Assembly (NCBI GenBank): GCA_038236395.1 | Contig: JBBRZT010000001.1 | Coordinates: 1-47,463, forward strand | Source: Candidatus Acidiferrales bacterium | GTDB lineage: Bacteria > Acidobacteriota > Terriglobia > Acidiferrales > UBA7541 | Direction: 5' to 3' | Length of the DNA stretch: 47,463 nucleotides | Shown here: piece by piece, positions 19,188 through 30,610 of the stretch | Position numbering within the stretch: the first letter of the stretch is position 1 | How the letters are laid out: each line of letters begins with the position of its first letter | Position numbers and translations under genes: made by a program | Notes under the pieces: generated by a model | What the model was told of the DNA's origin: nothing | Database searches by the model: none | Seen by the model: the letters and a program-made list of their open reading frames with translations, nothing else

Positions 19188-21386
19188 TTGAGCGAACGTC
19201 CGTGGAGTTCTACTGCACCGCCAGACGAATTCCGGCCGTTTGTGCCTAACGACAAGAACATCAAGGAGTTCACGCTACGCGCCATTATCCTCGGCGCGCT
19301 CTTCGGTCTTTTGTTCGGCGCCATCACCGTCTACGTAGGACTCCGCGCTGGGCTTACGGTTTCTGCTTCCATACCCATTTCCGTTTTGTCCATCAGCATC
19401 CTGCGCGCTTTCGGGCGCTCCACCATTCTTGAAAACAACATCGTGCAGACTACCGGCTCAGCCGGTGAATCGCTCGCCGCTGGCGTGATGTTCACCATCC
19501 CGGCGTTGATCTTTCTCGGCTTTGGCGCCGAATTCACTTTCTGGCGAATTTTTCCGCTGGCTCTGCTGGGAGGATGGCTCGGCGTGCTCTTCATGGTGCC
19601 TCTCCGCCGCCAGCTTATCGTCAAGGAGCACGGCAATCTCAGCTTTCCCGAAGGCACTGCTTGCGCCGACGTTTTGGTGGCCGGCGAACGCGGCGGTTCA
19701 TTCGCCGGGCGCGTTTTCTGGGGCCTGGGATTGGGCGGCGCCTATACCTTTTTAATGAATACCGTGCAGGCCTGGACTTCGCAGCCGGAGTCGCAGCCCA
19801 AGTGGTTTTCCGGCGCGTCCTTCCGCGTCACCGTTACCTCTGAATATCTCGGTGTGGGTTACATCATCGGGTCGCGTGTCTCCGGCATTCTTTTTGCCGG
19901 CGGCATTATTTCCTGGCTGGTCATCATGCCCGCCATTCGTTTTTATGGGCAGCTCGCCAACGGCGTTCCGATTTATCCCTCCACTATTCCGATTCCCCTG
20001 ATGACCCCCGACCAGATTTGGGGCACTTACATTCGGCCCATGGGCGCGGGAGCTGTCGCCGCCGCGGGATTGATCACTCTGCTGCGCACCCTCCCCACGA
20101 TTTTTTCCGCGTTGAAAGCCGGACTCAAAGATGTTCGCAAGGAAGGCGCCGGCAAATCCGCAGGGGCCGATCGCATCGACCGCGATATGCCGCTGCGCTG
20201 GGTAGTGGTCGGCTCCGGCCTGATCATCGTGATGATGTGGATCCTGCTTACCTTTCACCCCATCCCGGGAGCAGAGACCCACTGGTACCACAATCTTTTT
20301 GCCGGAATTTTCGTCACCGTTTTCGGTTTTCTGTTTGTCACCGTGGCCGCGCGCATCAGCGGACTTCTCGGCAACTCTTCCAATCCCATCAGCGGCATGA
20401 GCATCGCTACGCTGATGGCCACCTGCGCAATCTTTTTTGTGGCCGGCTGGACCGCGCCGAACTATCAGGTGCTGGCTTTGATGATTGGCGGCGTGGTTTG
20501 CATTGCCGCGGCGATTGCAGGTGCTACTTCGCAGGATTTGAAGACTGGCTTTCTCGTGGGCGCCACGCCCTACTGGCAGCAGATGGGACTGTTGATCGGC
20601 GTCACGGTTTCTACTCTGGCGATCGGCACCACGCTCAACCTGATGAACAAAGGCCTCGAAAAATATATTCCCACGCAGATTCCGGTCAGCGTCGCGGCCC
20701 TGCCCAACGGCGTGAAGATCGAGCGCGATGCCTTCACCTATCAGGGCAAGAACTACACGCTGATCAATTCTCTCGGCTCGCACACAATTCCCGACGGCGA
20801 ATATTTGTACAGCCCGGCCACGCAGCAGATCGAGTATCAGTGGGCCCAGGGAATTGGCAGCGAAAAGGCTCCTGCTCCCCAGGCGCGCCTGATGGCCACG
20901 GTCATCAGCGGGATACTGAATCAGCGACTGCCGTGGCGTCTGGTTCTGATGGGCGTCGCTCTGGTCATCGCCGTGGAAATTCTTGGCGTTCGCTCGCTAG
21001 CTTTCGCCACCGGCTCCTATCTTCCGCTGGGCACCACCGCGGCGATGTTTGCCGGAGGCCTGATTCGTTCGCTGGTCGATGCCACCACCAAGAAAAAAGA
21101 CGAAGGCGAAGCCAGCCCCGGCGCTCTGTACTCCAGCGGCCTGATCGCCGCCGGAGGTGTCTTCGGGCTGCTCGGCATCATCATCAATCTGTTTCAGGAT
21201 CCGGAAATTTCCACGCACGTCCCCGGTTGGTTCACCAGCGTGCTGCGGCTCCCCTGGCGCCCCGACCTCTTCTCCTTCGGCCCCAAACTTCTCGGCCCGC
21301 TAGCGACCAGCAATCTCTTCGGCCTATTCATGTTCGTCCTGCTGGGCGCCTCGCTCTTCTATTTCGCCCGCAAAAAACTCGACTAG
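19188..21386 (+). CDS. OPT-family oligopeptide transporter
   Basis: Start refined to TTG 19188 (GGAGG RBS); [55 protein letters not shown] motifs. Confidence 0.94.
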   Translation: MSERPWSSTAPPDEFRPFVPNDKNIKEFTLRAIILGALFGLLFGAITVYVGLRAGLTVSASIPISVLSISILRAFGRSTILENNIVQTTGSAGESLAAGVMFTIPALIFLGFGAEFTFWRIFPLALLGGWLGVLFMVPLRRQLIVKEHGNLSFPEGTACADVLVAGERGGSFAGRVFWGLGLGGAYTFLMNTVQAWTSQPESQPKWFSGASFRVTVTSEYLGVGYIIGSRVSGILFAGGIISWLVIMPAIRFYGQLANGVPIYPSTIPIPLMTPDQIWGTYIRPMGAGAVAAAGLITLLRTLPTIFSALKAGLKDVRKEGAGKSAGADRIDRDMPLRWVVVGSGLIIVMMWILLTFHPIPGAETHWYHNLFAGIFVTVFGFLFVTVAARISGLLGNSSNPISGMSIATLMATCAIFFVAGWTAPNYQVLALMIGGVVCIAAAIAGATSQDLKTGFLVGATPYWQQMGLLIGVTVSTLAIGTTLNLMNKGLEKYIPTQIPVSVAALPNGVKIERDAFTYQGKNYTLINSLGSHTIPDGEYLYSPATQQIEYQWAQGIGSEKAPAPQARLMATVISGILNQRLPWRLVLMGVALVIAVEILGVRSLAFATGSYLPLGTTAAMFAGGLIRSLVDATTKKKDEGEASPGALYSSGLIAAGGVFGLLGIIINLFQDPEISTHVPGWFTSVLRLPWRPDLFSFGPKLLGPLATSNLFGLFMFVLLGASLFYFARKKLD

Positions 21387-21500
21387 CTAACCGCTGATTC
21401 CGCTGCCAAATTCCGGACGGGCCGGAGCGCGCCGTCCGACCGTCGTGCCTACTCTGGCCGTTAAGTGCTTTATTTGAGGTGGTGTACTAGGACTTTTACT

Positions 21501-21550
21501 TAGTTGAGCGTTCAACTACGTGGGTTGAAAAGGTAGTTGAGCGTTCAACT
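21501..21550. repeat. Two copies of the palindrome TAGTTGAGCGTTCAACT, 33 bp apart
   Basis: Identical 17-mers at 21501-21517 and 21534-21550; each has AGTTGA-N4-TCAACT dyad symmetry. Confidence 0.9.
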
Positions 21551-21693
21551 GCCGGATGTAAGAAATACACAGTTTTCACTGGTTTGGAATTTGGACGCAG
21601 TGTTAGCTGGTGGGTATTATAACAAAATGGTAATTATATCCAAAGTGTAACTTGAGAGGCTTGGGTGAGCGAGGAAGCAATTAAGAAGGTCGC

Positions 21694-22569
21694 TCACCAA
21701 AATGGTTGAGCGGCGGGAATAAACTCGACCTGGAGTTCGGGGACGAGAGGCTTTAGCCAGCGGACACATTCTTCCATACCGGCTTGCTCGGAAGGAATGT
21801 GTCCGAGCATGATGAGGGCTTTGCTTCTCTTTTCGCTAACGGCGTCCGCGGTGTATTCGACGGTTTCCCACTCGCGCGATTCGCCGGTGATTAAGAGCTG
21901 GATATCAGAGTTTTCGAGGGCGCCGATCTCTCTTTGCATGCCGGCGGCTCCGGGTGAGAGAGCTACGCGGGTAATCTTCAGTTGGGGGTCGCCAACTACG
22001 CGCATGCTGCGGAGGCCAAGGCGAGATTTCAGATCAGCGGCCATCTTATCGAGCGTGGTTTCCGGAATCGTGAAAAAATATTGATTTTGTTTGTCCTGGT
22101 AAGCCTCCCAACCCAAGATGTGAACCATCCCGGCCTCGATGCCGTCTGGATGACGTGCGTGCCAATGATCGTGAAATCGCCAAACGACGAGATGGTGCTG
22201 CTTAATGAAGGCGAGTTTCTGGTCGAGGACCGGATCGTTTTGCTTTTGCGGGATCTCGGCGAGATCATCCAGATGGTTGTAGAAGGTGGGCTCGTGAGTG
22301 ATGATGAGATTTTTGCCGGAGGCGGCGGCACGCTCCAGAACGTCGAAGGTGGCCATCATGGTGACGGCGATGCCGGTGATTTTGGATTCGGGGTCACCGG
22401 CTTTGAAGGTGTCCACGGTTTCTTTCTGCCAGGGGACGCCAACATTGTCCTGAATTCGTTTGATGACGTCGCTGGCGCTCAACTGCGACTGTTGGGAGCG
22501 CACGGATCCCGAGCCGGCCAGAAGCGTGAAGAGAGTAAATAAGATAACGGACGTTCGGACGTAGCGCAT
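21694..22569 (-). CDS. Nif3-like dinuclear metal-centre protein with N-terminal signal peptide
   Basis: Start refined to ATG 22569 (GAGGA RBS); TVDTFKAGD, IITHEPTFY, WRFHDHWH, GHIPSEQAGM motifs. Confidence 0.9.
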   Translation of the reverse strand: MRYVRTSVILFTLFTLLAGSGSVRSQQSQLSASDVIKRIQDNVGVPWQKETVDTFKAGDPESKITGIAVTMMATFDVLERAAASGKNLIITHEPTFYNHLDDLAEIPQKQNDPVLDQKLAFIKQHHLVVWRFHDHWHARHPDGIEAGMVHILGWEAYQDKQNQYFFTIPETTLDKMAADLKSRLGLRSMRVVGDPQLKITRVALSPGAAGMQREIGALENSDIQLLITGESREWETVEYTADAVSEKRSKALIMLGHIPSEQAGMEECVRWLKPLVPELQVEFIPAAQPFW

Positions 22570-22662
22570 GTAGTCCTCGGGCGCGGCTTTTACCGATGGA
22601 TTGCCTTTCGCACGCGGTGTGCAGTTTACCAAGGTTCGCGATTTGTGGAAACCAGCGGCAAG

Positions 22663-22694
22663 CCCTTTGAAAAGCGCAAAGGGATGCGGCACCC
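22663..22694. repeat. REP-like extragenic hairpin
   Basis: CCCTTTG-AAAAGCG-CAAAGGG stem followed by ATGCGGCACCC; resembles extragenic palindromes I recall from acidobacterial genomes; single copy in this window. Confidence 0.45.
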
Positions 22695-22780
22695 CCACTC
22701 TTGAGAGTTAATGGGTCGGCCACGACGCTCCGATAGTGTTCAGGCCTGTTCGGTGGTTTTCCACAATGGAAAACGCCGCT

Positions 22781-22810
22781 TTGACGGGGCGCTACCCGGG
22801 CCGTTACACT
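22781..22810 (+). promoter_or_regulatory. Putative sigma70 promoter giving a leaderless rhomboid mRNA
   Basis: TTGACG-N18-TACACT, 6 nt before ATG 22817; no SD sequence. Confidence 0.5.
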
Positions 22811-22816
22811 GCATTT

Positions 22817-23596
22817 ATGCCTGCGTCTTTCAGTTCGCGGCGTTACGGCTTTGATTGGCGCGGCTTTGTTACGCCTGGCGTGAAGCTGCTGGCGCTGATT
22901 TGTTCCGGCGTTTTTCTGGTGCAGACGCTGGCTGATTTATTGCTCGGCAAAGAAGCCGCTTTTCACCTGATCACGCTCAAATTCGGCTTGAGTCCTGGCT
23001 CGATTGTTCACCTGGGGTATATCTGGCAGCCATTTACTTATATTTTTCTGCACGGCGGTCTTTTCCATTTATTGATCAACATGCTGATGTTGTGGATGTT
23101 TGGGCGGGAACTGGAACAGATCTGGGGCAAGCGCAAGTTCCTGAATTATTTCTTCCTGTGCGGCGTGGGCGCCGGCCTGATTGAGGTTGCCGTCAAGATG
23201 CTGCCCATGTTCACCAAGGAAGCTTCGCTGGTTCCTACTATCGGCGCGTCGGGAGCGATCTTCGGAATACTGATCGCCAACGCGATTTTGTTTCCCGACC
23301 GGCGCATCTGGCTGATTCCGCTGCCGGTGACTATTCCGATGCGGCCGTACGTAGCGGTGATGGCCGCCATCGAATTTTTCGGCACGCTCAGTAGCGGCGG
23401 CGATAACGTGAGCCATCTGTGCCACGTCGGCGGAATGCTAGTGGGCTACATTTATTTGCGGCGCGGGTCGTTCCTCTATAGCGTGCGCAACAGCGTGACC
23501 GACTGGAGAGTGCAACGGAACAAGAAAAAATTTGAAGTGTACATGAACAACAAGAAGGATGAACCGCCGTCGCGCCCCGACCCCTGGATTAACTGA
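22817..23596 (+). CDS. Rhomboid family intramembrane serine protease
   Basis: WQPFTYIFLH, HLLINML, IGASGA (catalytic Ser), SHLCHVGG (catalytic His). Confidence 0.94.
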   Translation: MPASFSSRRYGFDWRGFVTPGVKLLALICSGVFLVQTLADLLLGKEAAFHLITLKFGLSPGSIVHLGYIWQPFTYIFLHGGLFHLLINMLMLWMFGRELEQIWGKRKFLNYFFLCGVGAGLIEVAVKMLPMFTKEASLVPTIGASGAIFGILIANAILFPDRRIWLIPLPVTIPMRPYVAVMAAIEFFGTLSSGGDNVSHLCHVGGMLVGYIYLRRGSFLYSVRNSVTDWRVQRNKKKFEVYMNNKKDEPPSRPDPWIN

Positions 23597-23667
23597 AGCG
23601 TTCGGCCGCGGATTTGGACCTCCGTGATTTACTGCGACCACGAATATTCTGTGCGGCGACTTCCACT

Positions 23668-25098
<1,431 letters not shown>

Positions 25099-25104
25099 AT
25101 TGAT

Positions 25105-26601
25105 TTAACGGGAGGCGGCAAACTCCGCGACGATGCGCGCCAGAACGTCGACGCCCTTGTCGAAAGCGGCCAGCGGGAGTCTTTCATCGTCACCGTGCAT
25201 GCGCTGGAAGTCCGCCTCCGTAACTGGAAAAGGCACGAGGCCGTAAGCTTGCACGTTGTGCAGCCGCAACTGCGCCGAGTCCGTCGCGCCGGTAGACATG
25301 AACGGAAGCGCCGGAGCGTTGGCGAACTGGGCTGACGCCACTTTCGAAATCGTGGCGTAGAGATCGGTTTCCAGCGATGACGGCGGCGCGGCTAATCCCG
25401 CGTCTTGCTGCACTTCAAATTTTATCTGCGGATCGTTGACCAGCTTGGTCAGCTCCGCGAGCAGCACATCAACCGTGTCGCCGGGCAGCAGGCGGATATT
25501 GAGATTGGCGCGAGCCTCCGCGGGAATCACATTGTTGCGCACGCCCGCTGAAAGCATGGTGGGCGAAATGGAATCGCGCATCATGGAGTTCCACAACGGG
25601 CTGGCGTCGGAAACTACTTTCTGGGCGTGCTCGCCGCGGTCGGTGGTGTCCAACGAGCGCATCCACTTGCCCAGCTCGTCGCCCTCGATGGCTGCGAGGC
25701 CTTCGAAGTATCTGCGCACAATCGCGGTGAAATGCACGGGCGCGGAATAGGCTCCAATCTTCGCTACCGCCGCGCTCAGATGGACCACCGCGTTGTCTTT
25801 CAGCGGCCGCGAAGCGTGGCCGGAAGTTCCGCGCGCGACAACCGCAACGTTGACCGGCACTTTTTCGCTGGCCTGCACGGCGATGTATTGAACTTTGCCG
25901 TCTTTGAGGACCACTTTGCCTTCTTCGTTCAGCGCAAATCCGGCGGCAAACTTGTCCCAATATTTGGAAATGAGAATTTTGATGCTGGCGTCGCCGCCCT
26001 GCTCTTCATCGCAAGTCGCCAGAAAAATCACGTCGCGATTCAATCGCGCGTTGGAACGTTTCAGAGCGATGAACGCCGCAAGGTTGGCGGCCAGCATTCC
26101 TTTATCGTCGTAAGCTCCGCGTCCGTAGACATAGCCATCCTTTATGACTGCGGCGAACGGGTCCATCGTCCATCTCGCTCGGTCCACGCCGACCACATCC
26201 ATGTGCGCGACGAGCAGGAGGGCCTTGGACGGATCCGCCAGCGCGGAACTGCGCAGCCGGGCTACCACCGCGCTTCGTCCCGGCGCGAGGGACAATAATT
26301 CCGACGGAATTCCTTCCTTTTCCAGAATGCGCGCTATGTATTTCGCCGCCGCTTCCTCGTTGCCCGGCGGGTTGGTAGTATTGATGCGCAGCAGATCGAT
26401 CAGCCAGCCCTGGGCTTCTTTCGCCAGTGCGGTGGTGTCGCCGATGGGCGATGGGCTCTGGATGGTTACAGTTGCAGCCTGGCCGGTAGCCGGGGTTTGA
26501 CCCGAGGAATGAGTGGCTTGCGCGCCCAGCGGCAGCCCGGCGCAGAGCGACACGGCTGCGGCCATCACTAATATATGTACGTTATGTATCGCGCTCACCA
26601 A
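25105..26601 (-). CDS. M20/M25/M40 family metallopeptidase, secreted
   Basis: Signal peptide; AHMDVV, GRGAYDDKG, DEEQGG, GHAS, GATDS, MHGDDER. Confidence 0.92.
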   Translation of the reverse strand: MVSAIHNVHILVMAAAVSLCAGLPLGAQATHSSGQTPATGQAATVTIQSPSPIGDTTALAKEAQGWLIDLLRINTTNPPGNEEAAAKYIARILEKEGIPSELLSLAPGRSAVVARLRSSALADPSKALLLVAHMDVVGVDRARWTMDPFAAVIKDGYVYGRGAYDDKGMLAANLAAFIALKRSNARLNRDVIFLATCDEEQGGDASIKILISKYWDKFAAGFALNEEGKVVLKDGKVQYIAVQASEKVPVNVAVVARGTSGHASRPLKDNAVVHLSAAVAKIGAYSAPVHFTAIVRRYFEGLAAIEGDELGKWMRSLDTTDRGEHAQKVVSDASPLWNSMMRDSISPTMLSAGVRNNVIPAEARANLNIRLLPGDTVDVLLAELTKLVNDPQIKFEVQQDAGLAAPPSSLETDLYATISKVASAQFANAPALPFMSTGATDSAQLRLHNVQAYGLVPFPVTEADFQRMHGDDERLPLAAFDKGVDVLARIVAEFAASR

Positions 26602-26777
26602 TTTCCTCCGGTCCGCTTCGGGCGTAAAACTGGCCCTGCAACACTTTTCAGCGATTTCGCTTCATACTAACATGCAGGTGGTGGCTGCCTGGCCGTTGTG
26701 TGCGGGGGCGTTGCGCAGATTCAACCGCTTTCCTGGCGGGATGGAACATTTGATTGCGAAACACGAGGACCAAGAGC

Positions 26778-27884
26778 ATGAAAGCAATTTTTGCCAAAAT
26801 ATTTTCGGTGGCGCTAGCAACGATATTTTCTTGTTCGCTGGCTGCGATTCCGTCGTCCGCGCAGGCTCCTGAAGGACCGCAAGGCGGGCAGCCGCAGCAG
26901 AGCGCGCCGCCGCCGGTGGCGCAGACTCCTCCCGCGAAGCCGCCCACGCAGGCGCCGCCCCAGGCTGGCGTAACTATCGCCGTGGACGTGCCGGTGGTCA
27001 CCCTCGAAGTCATTGCCACCACCAAAAACGGAGACATCCTGACCGGGTTGAAAAAAGAAAATTTCAAAGTGTTCGATGACGGCGCGCCGCAAACCATTAC
27101 CAACTTCGCCCCCACCGACGCACCCATCACTATGGTAATTGTCATGGAGTTTAGCGGCCGCGCGTACGGCTGGTTCGCCGCGTATGCAAAATACTGGGCG
27201 GACGCGCTGTTCCCCAATCTGCAGCAAAAAGATTGGGTTGCTCTTGAGACCTTCGACATGAAGACCCGGCTGGAAGTGGACTTTACCCAGGACAAAAACG
27301 AAGTTCGCGCAGGCATCAGCCATCTTTATTTTCCGGGCTTCAGTGAGTCCAACGTATTCGACGCTTTGCTGGAAACCAACGAGCGCCTGAAAGATGTAAA
27401 AGGCAAAAAATCTATTCTACTGCTGGCCAGCGGTGTGGATACGTTTTCAAAACACACCCTGGACCAGACCATGAAAGAGTTGCGCGGGAGCGATGTCACC
27501 ATTTTCGCCGTCGGCCTGGACAAGACCTTTACCAACTATCTCGATATGCACGGCTCACGCGGTTCGCACATGGATTATCTGCAAGCCGAAAATCAGTTGA
27601 AAACGTTCGCACTGGAAACCGGCGGGCTTTCGTGGTTTCCGCAATTTGACGGAGAAATTCCCGGCATCATGCAGCAGGTCGCGGCGTTTCTGCGGCACCA
27701 GTACAGCCTTTCCTACACGCCGGGAAACGGCGCTAAGGACGGAAAGTTTCACAAGGTAAAAGTGGAACTGGTTGCGCCCGATGGGGGCCCGTTGACGGTG
27801 CTCGATCAAAAAGGCAAGAAACAGAAGTACGTGGTCTATGCGCGTGAAGGCTACCAGGCGCCTAAGGGTGGCGTGGGCGACTGA
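26778..27884 (+). CDS. Acidobacterial VWA (von Willebrand factor A) domain protein
   Basis: Signal peptide and Pro/Gln linker; GLKKENFKVFDDG, KKSILLLASGVDTFS, ETGG, QYSLSYTP, YAREGY. Confidence 0.9.
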   Translation: MKAIFAKIFSVALATIFSCSLAAIPSSAQAPEGPQGGQPQQSAPPPVAQTPPAKPPTQAPPQAGVTIAVDVPVVTLEVIATTKNGDILTGLKKENFKVFDDGAPQTITNFAPTDAPITMVIVMEFSGRAYGWFAAYAKYWADALFPNLQQKDWVALETFDMKTRLEVDFTQDKNEVRAGISHLYFPGFSESNVFDALLETNERLKDVKGKKSILLLASGVDTFSKHTLDQTMKELRGSDVTIFAVGLDKTFTNYLDMHGSRGSHMDYLQAENQLKTFALETGGLSWFPQFDGEIPGIMQQVAAFLRHQYSLSYTPGNGAKDGKFHKVKVELVAPDGGPLTVLDQKGKKQKYVVYAREGYQAPKGGVGD

Positions 27885-27905
27885 TCGCGCCTGATAGCGC
27901 GGCGC

Positions 27906-28916
27906 TCAATATCCACGCGCGATTTCTACGCGATTGGTCAATTCGCGGCCGTCGAACCAGCGCTCCAGCAAATCCATCAGCAGCGCGGTTTCGCGTGGCC
28001 ACAGCCGGTCGCTTAACGCGCTGGTGTGCGGGGTAATAAATAAATTCGGCGCGCGCCACAACGGGCTGGTCGAGGGCAACGGCTCGGTCTCCGCGACATC
28101 CGTGGCGGCTCCCGCCAGAGCTCCGCTCTCCAGCGCCCGAATCAGAGCGGCTTCATCCCACAACGAGCCCCGCCCGACATTAATCAACCGCGCGCCGCGC
28201 TTCATGCGCGACATTTGCTTTTGACCCAGCAGAGTTTTTGTTTCGGCGGTGTCCGGCGCGCAGAGCAGAATGTAGTCCGCCTCCGGCAGAACGGCGTCCA
28301 GTTCGCTCGCCGCAATGATTTTCTCGGCGTGGGTCAGGTCCCCGCGGCCCGAGCGCGTCACTCCCCAAACGCGCATTCCCAGGGCTTGTGCGCGTTTGGC
28401 GACTTCCCTGCCGATCGAGCCGAATCCCACGATCAGTAGCACCGTTCCATTGAGCTCGGAGAGGTGCTGCGGCTTATTCCACAATTCCTGCTGCGACCAG
28501 ATGGCTTTTTCCTGTTGGCGCAGGGTATCCGGGAAATTTCGCGCCAGCCCCAGAAGCAGGCCGATAGTGTGTTCGGCCATCGGCACGGAGAAAACTCCGC
28601 TCGCGTTGGTGACCACCACTTCGGAGCTTCGCAATTCCGGGTACATCAATTGCGCCACCCCCGCGGAGGTGGAGTGCACCCATTTTAATTTTTTCCCCGC
28701 GACGAATTGCGGAGGCCGCAGCGTGCTGCCCACAAAAATGTCAGTGTCGGGAATCTCAGCGATGACTCGATCGTAGTCCTGCAGGTGCACGACTTTCATC
28801 TGCGGCCATCGCGCGCGAATCCTTTCGGCCATCAGCGGCTTGGCGTTCCATTCGGAGAACGAGTGCAGCGCGCAGATGATTAATTTTGTGTTGGACGGCT
28901 CGGTTCGGGAAATCAC
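27906..28916 (-). CDS. D-2-hydroxyacid dehydrogenase
   Basis: Start refined to GTG 28916; SAGV, VTNASG, GFGSIG, INVGRG, DVAETEPLP, ITPHTS. Confidence 0.9.
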   Translation of the reverse strand: MISRTEPSNTKLIICALHSFSEWNAKPLMAERIRARWPQMKVVHLQDYDRVIAEIPDTDIFVGSTLRPPQFVAGKKLKWVHSTSAGVAQLMYPELRSSEVVVTNASGVFSVPMAEHTIGLLLGLARNFPDTLRQQEKAIWSQQELWNKPQHLSELNGTVLLIVGFGSIGREVAKRAQALGMRVWGVTRSGRGDLTHAEKIIAASELDAVLPEADYILLCAPDTAETKTLLGQKQMSRMKRGARLINVGRGSLWDEAALIRALESGALAGAATDVAETEPLPSTSPLWRAPNLFITPHTSALSDRLWPRETALLMDLLERWFDGRELTNRVEIARGY

Positions 28917-28957
28917 AGTGGCCTCTGGCTCGTCTGAGCAACGCAGGATGAAAATTG

Positions 28958-30514
28958 TTACGGCTTGGTACGCAAATCGGTCCCGGTCATATCCGCGGGC
29001 TGGCGCTGGCCCAGTATTCCGAGCATGGTCGGGGCGATGTCGCGCAGCGAGCCGCCGGGTTTCAGGCTGACGCGCTGGTCGTCGCTGACCAGAATAAATG
29101 GCACCGGGTTGGTGGTGTGGTAGGTGTGCGCGCCGCCGGTATTCGGATCGACCATCATTTCCGCGTTGCCGTGATCGGCGGTGATGATCCATGTCCCGCC
29201 CCGGACCTGTAGCTCCTGATAAATTCGCGCCAGGCCGGCGTCCACTGCCTCGACCGCTTGAATGGCCGATTCCAGTTTTCCGGAGTGGCCCACCATGTCC
29301 GCATTCGCGTAATTCATGATGATGGCGTCGAACTCGCCTTTCTCCAGCGCGTGCACCACCGTTTCGGTAATTCCCGCGGCGGACATTTCCGGTTTCAAGT
29401 CGTAGGTGGCCACTTTCGGCGAAGGCACCAGGATGCGTTCTTCTCCCGCGAAAGGCTTTTCCACGCCGCCGTTGAAAAAATAGGTGACGTGCGCGTATTT
29501 TTCCGTTTCTGCGCAGCGGAGATTTTTGTAGTCCAGCTCGGCGAAAACCTGCGCGAGTATCTGCTCGAGTTTTTCCGGGGAGATGACGAATTTCAGCCAG
29601 GGCCAGTTTTTGTCGTACTGGGTCATGGCCACGTAGAAAAGATTTCTGGGCCGGTGAGCGTCGGCGAACTTGTCGAAATCGGGCGCGGCTAGCGCGTAGG
29701 TCATCTGCCGGGCGCGATCGGCGCGAAAGTTGAAGAAAATCACCGCGTCGCCGTCGCGGATTTCTCCCACGGCTTGGGCGGCGTCGCCTTTGCCTTTGGT
29801 CACTACGATGGGCTTGATGAATTCATCGGTGATTTCCTGCTCGTAACTCTTTTCGAGGGCCGCGACTGGATCGCCGGTACGGGTCTCCGCCTCTCCGTGA
29901 ACCACGGCGCGGTAGGCCAGTTCGATGCGCTCCCAGCGATTGTCGCGGTCCATGGCGTAGTAGCGGCCGACCAGCGTGGCGATTTCTCCTACGCCCAACT
30001 CACGCATCTTTTCCTGCAACTGTTTTACGAAGTCGCGGCCGCTGTGTGGTGGGGTGTCGCGCCCATCCATGAAGCAATGCACAAACACTTTTTCCACTTT
30101 TTTGCGCTTGGCCATCTCCAGCAGCGCGAATAGATGCTGGATGTGGGAATGGACGCCGCCGTCGCTCAGCAGTCCGATGAAATGCAATTGCTTTTCGCGG
30201 CCGCGCTCCATGGCCTGTTGAAACAGCGGCACGCTTTCCAGTTGTCTATTGGCGATCAAGAGGTCGATGCGGGTGATGTCCATGTGCACGATGCGGCCGG
30301 CACCCATATTCATGTGGCCGACTTCGCTGTTGCCCATCTGGCCTTGCGGCAAGCCGACGTAGGGGCCGGAAGTGTGAATCAGAGTGTTGGGAAATTTGCG
30401 CAGTAACTCGTCGTAAGCGGGCTTGCGCGCCAGGGCGATGGCGTTGCCTTTGGTTTCGGCGCGGTATCCCCATCCGTCCAGCACAGTCAGCACAATTGGT
30501 TTCTTTTTGTTCAT
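28958..30514 (-). CDS. gpmI: 2,3-bisphosphoglycerate-independent phosphoglycerate mutase
   Basis: [58 protein letters not shown]. Confidence 0.97.
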   Translation of the reverse strand: MNKKKPIVLTVLDGWGYRAETKGNAIALARKPAYDELLRKFPNTLIHTSGPYVGLPQGQMGNSEVGHMNMGAGRIVHMDITRIDLLIANRQLESVPLFQQAMERGREKQLHFIGLLSDGGVHSHIQHLFALLEMAKRKKVEKVFVHCFMDGRDTPPHSGRDFVKQLQEKMRELGVGEIATLVGRYYAMDRDNRWERIELAYRAVVHGEAETRTGDPVAALEKSYEQEITDEFIKPIVVTKGKGDAAQAVGEIRDGDAVIFFNFRADRARQMTYALAAPDFDKFADAHRPRNLFYVAMTQYDKNWPWLKFVISPEKLEQILAQVFAELDYKNLRCAETEKYAHVTYFFNGGVEKPFAGEERILVPSPKVATYDLKPEMSAAGITETVVHALEKGEFDAIIMNYANADMVGHSGKLESAIQAVEAVDAGLARIYQELQVRGGTWIITADHGNAEMMVDPNTGGAHTYHTTNPVPFILVSDDQRVSLKPGGSLRDIAPTMLGILGQRQPADMTGTDLRTKP

Positions 30515-30610
30515 GGCAGGTCAGAATACACGGACTCGCTGCGCTCTTGTAAGTGCGGTGTGCATTTATTCCGATAATTTATCGGGTGGCGAATGGAGCG
30601 GGCGAGGCCG

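Noticed and set aside
21501-21550. Mini-CRISPR interpretation of the twin palindromes
   Set aside because: Only two 17-bp units with a 16-bp spacer, and no cas genes; too short for a CRISPR repeat-spacer unit
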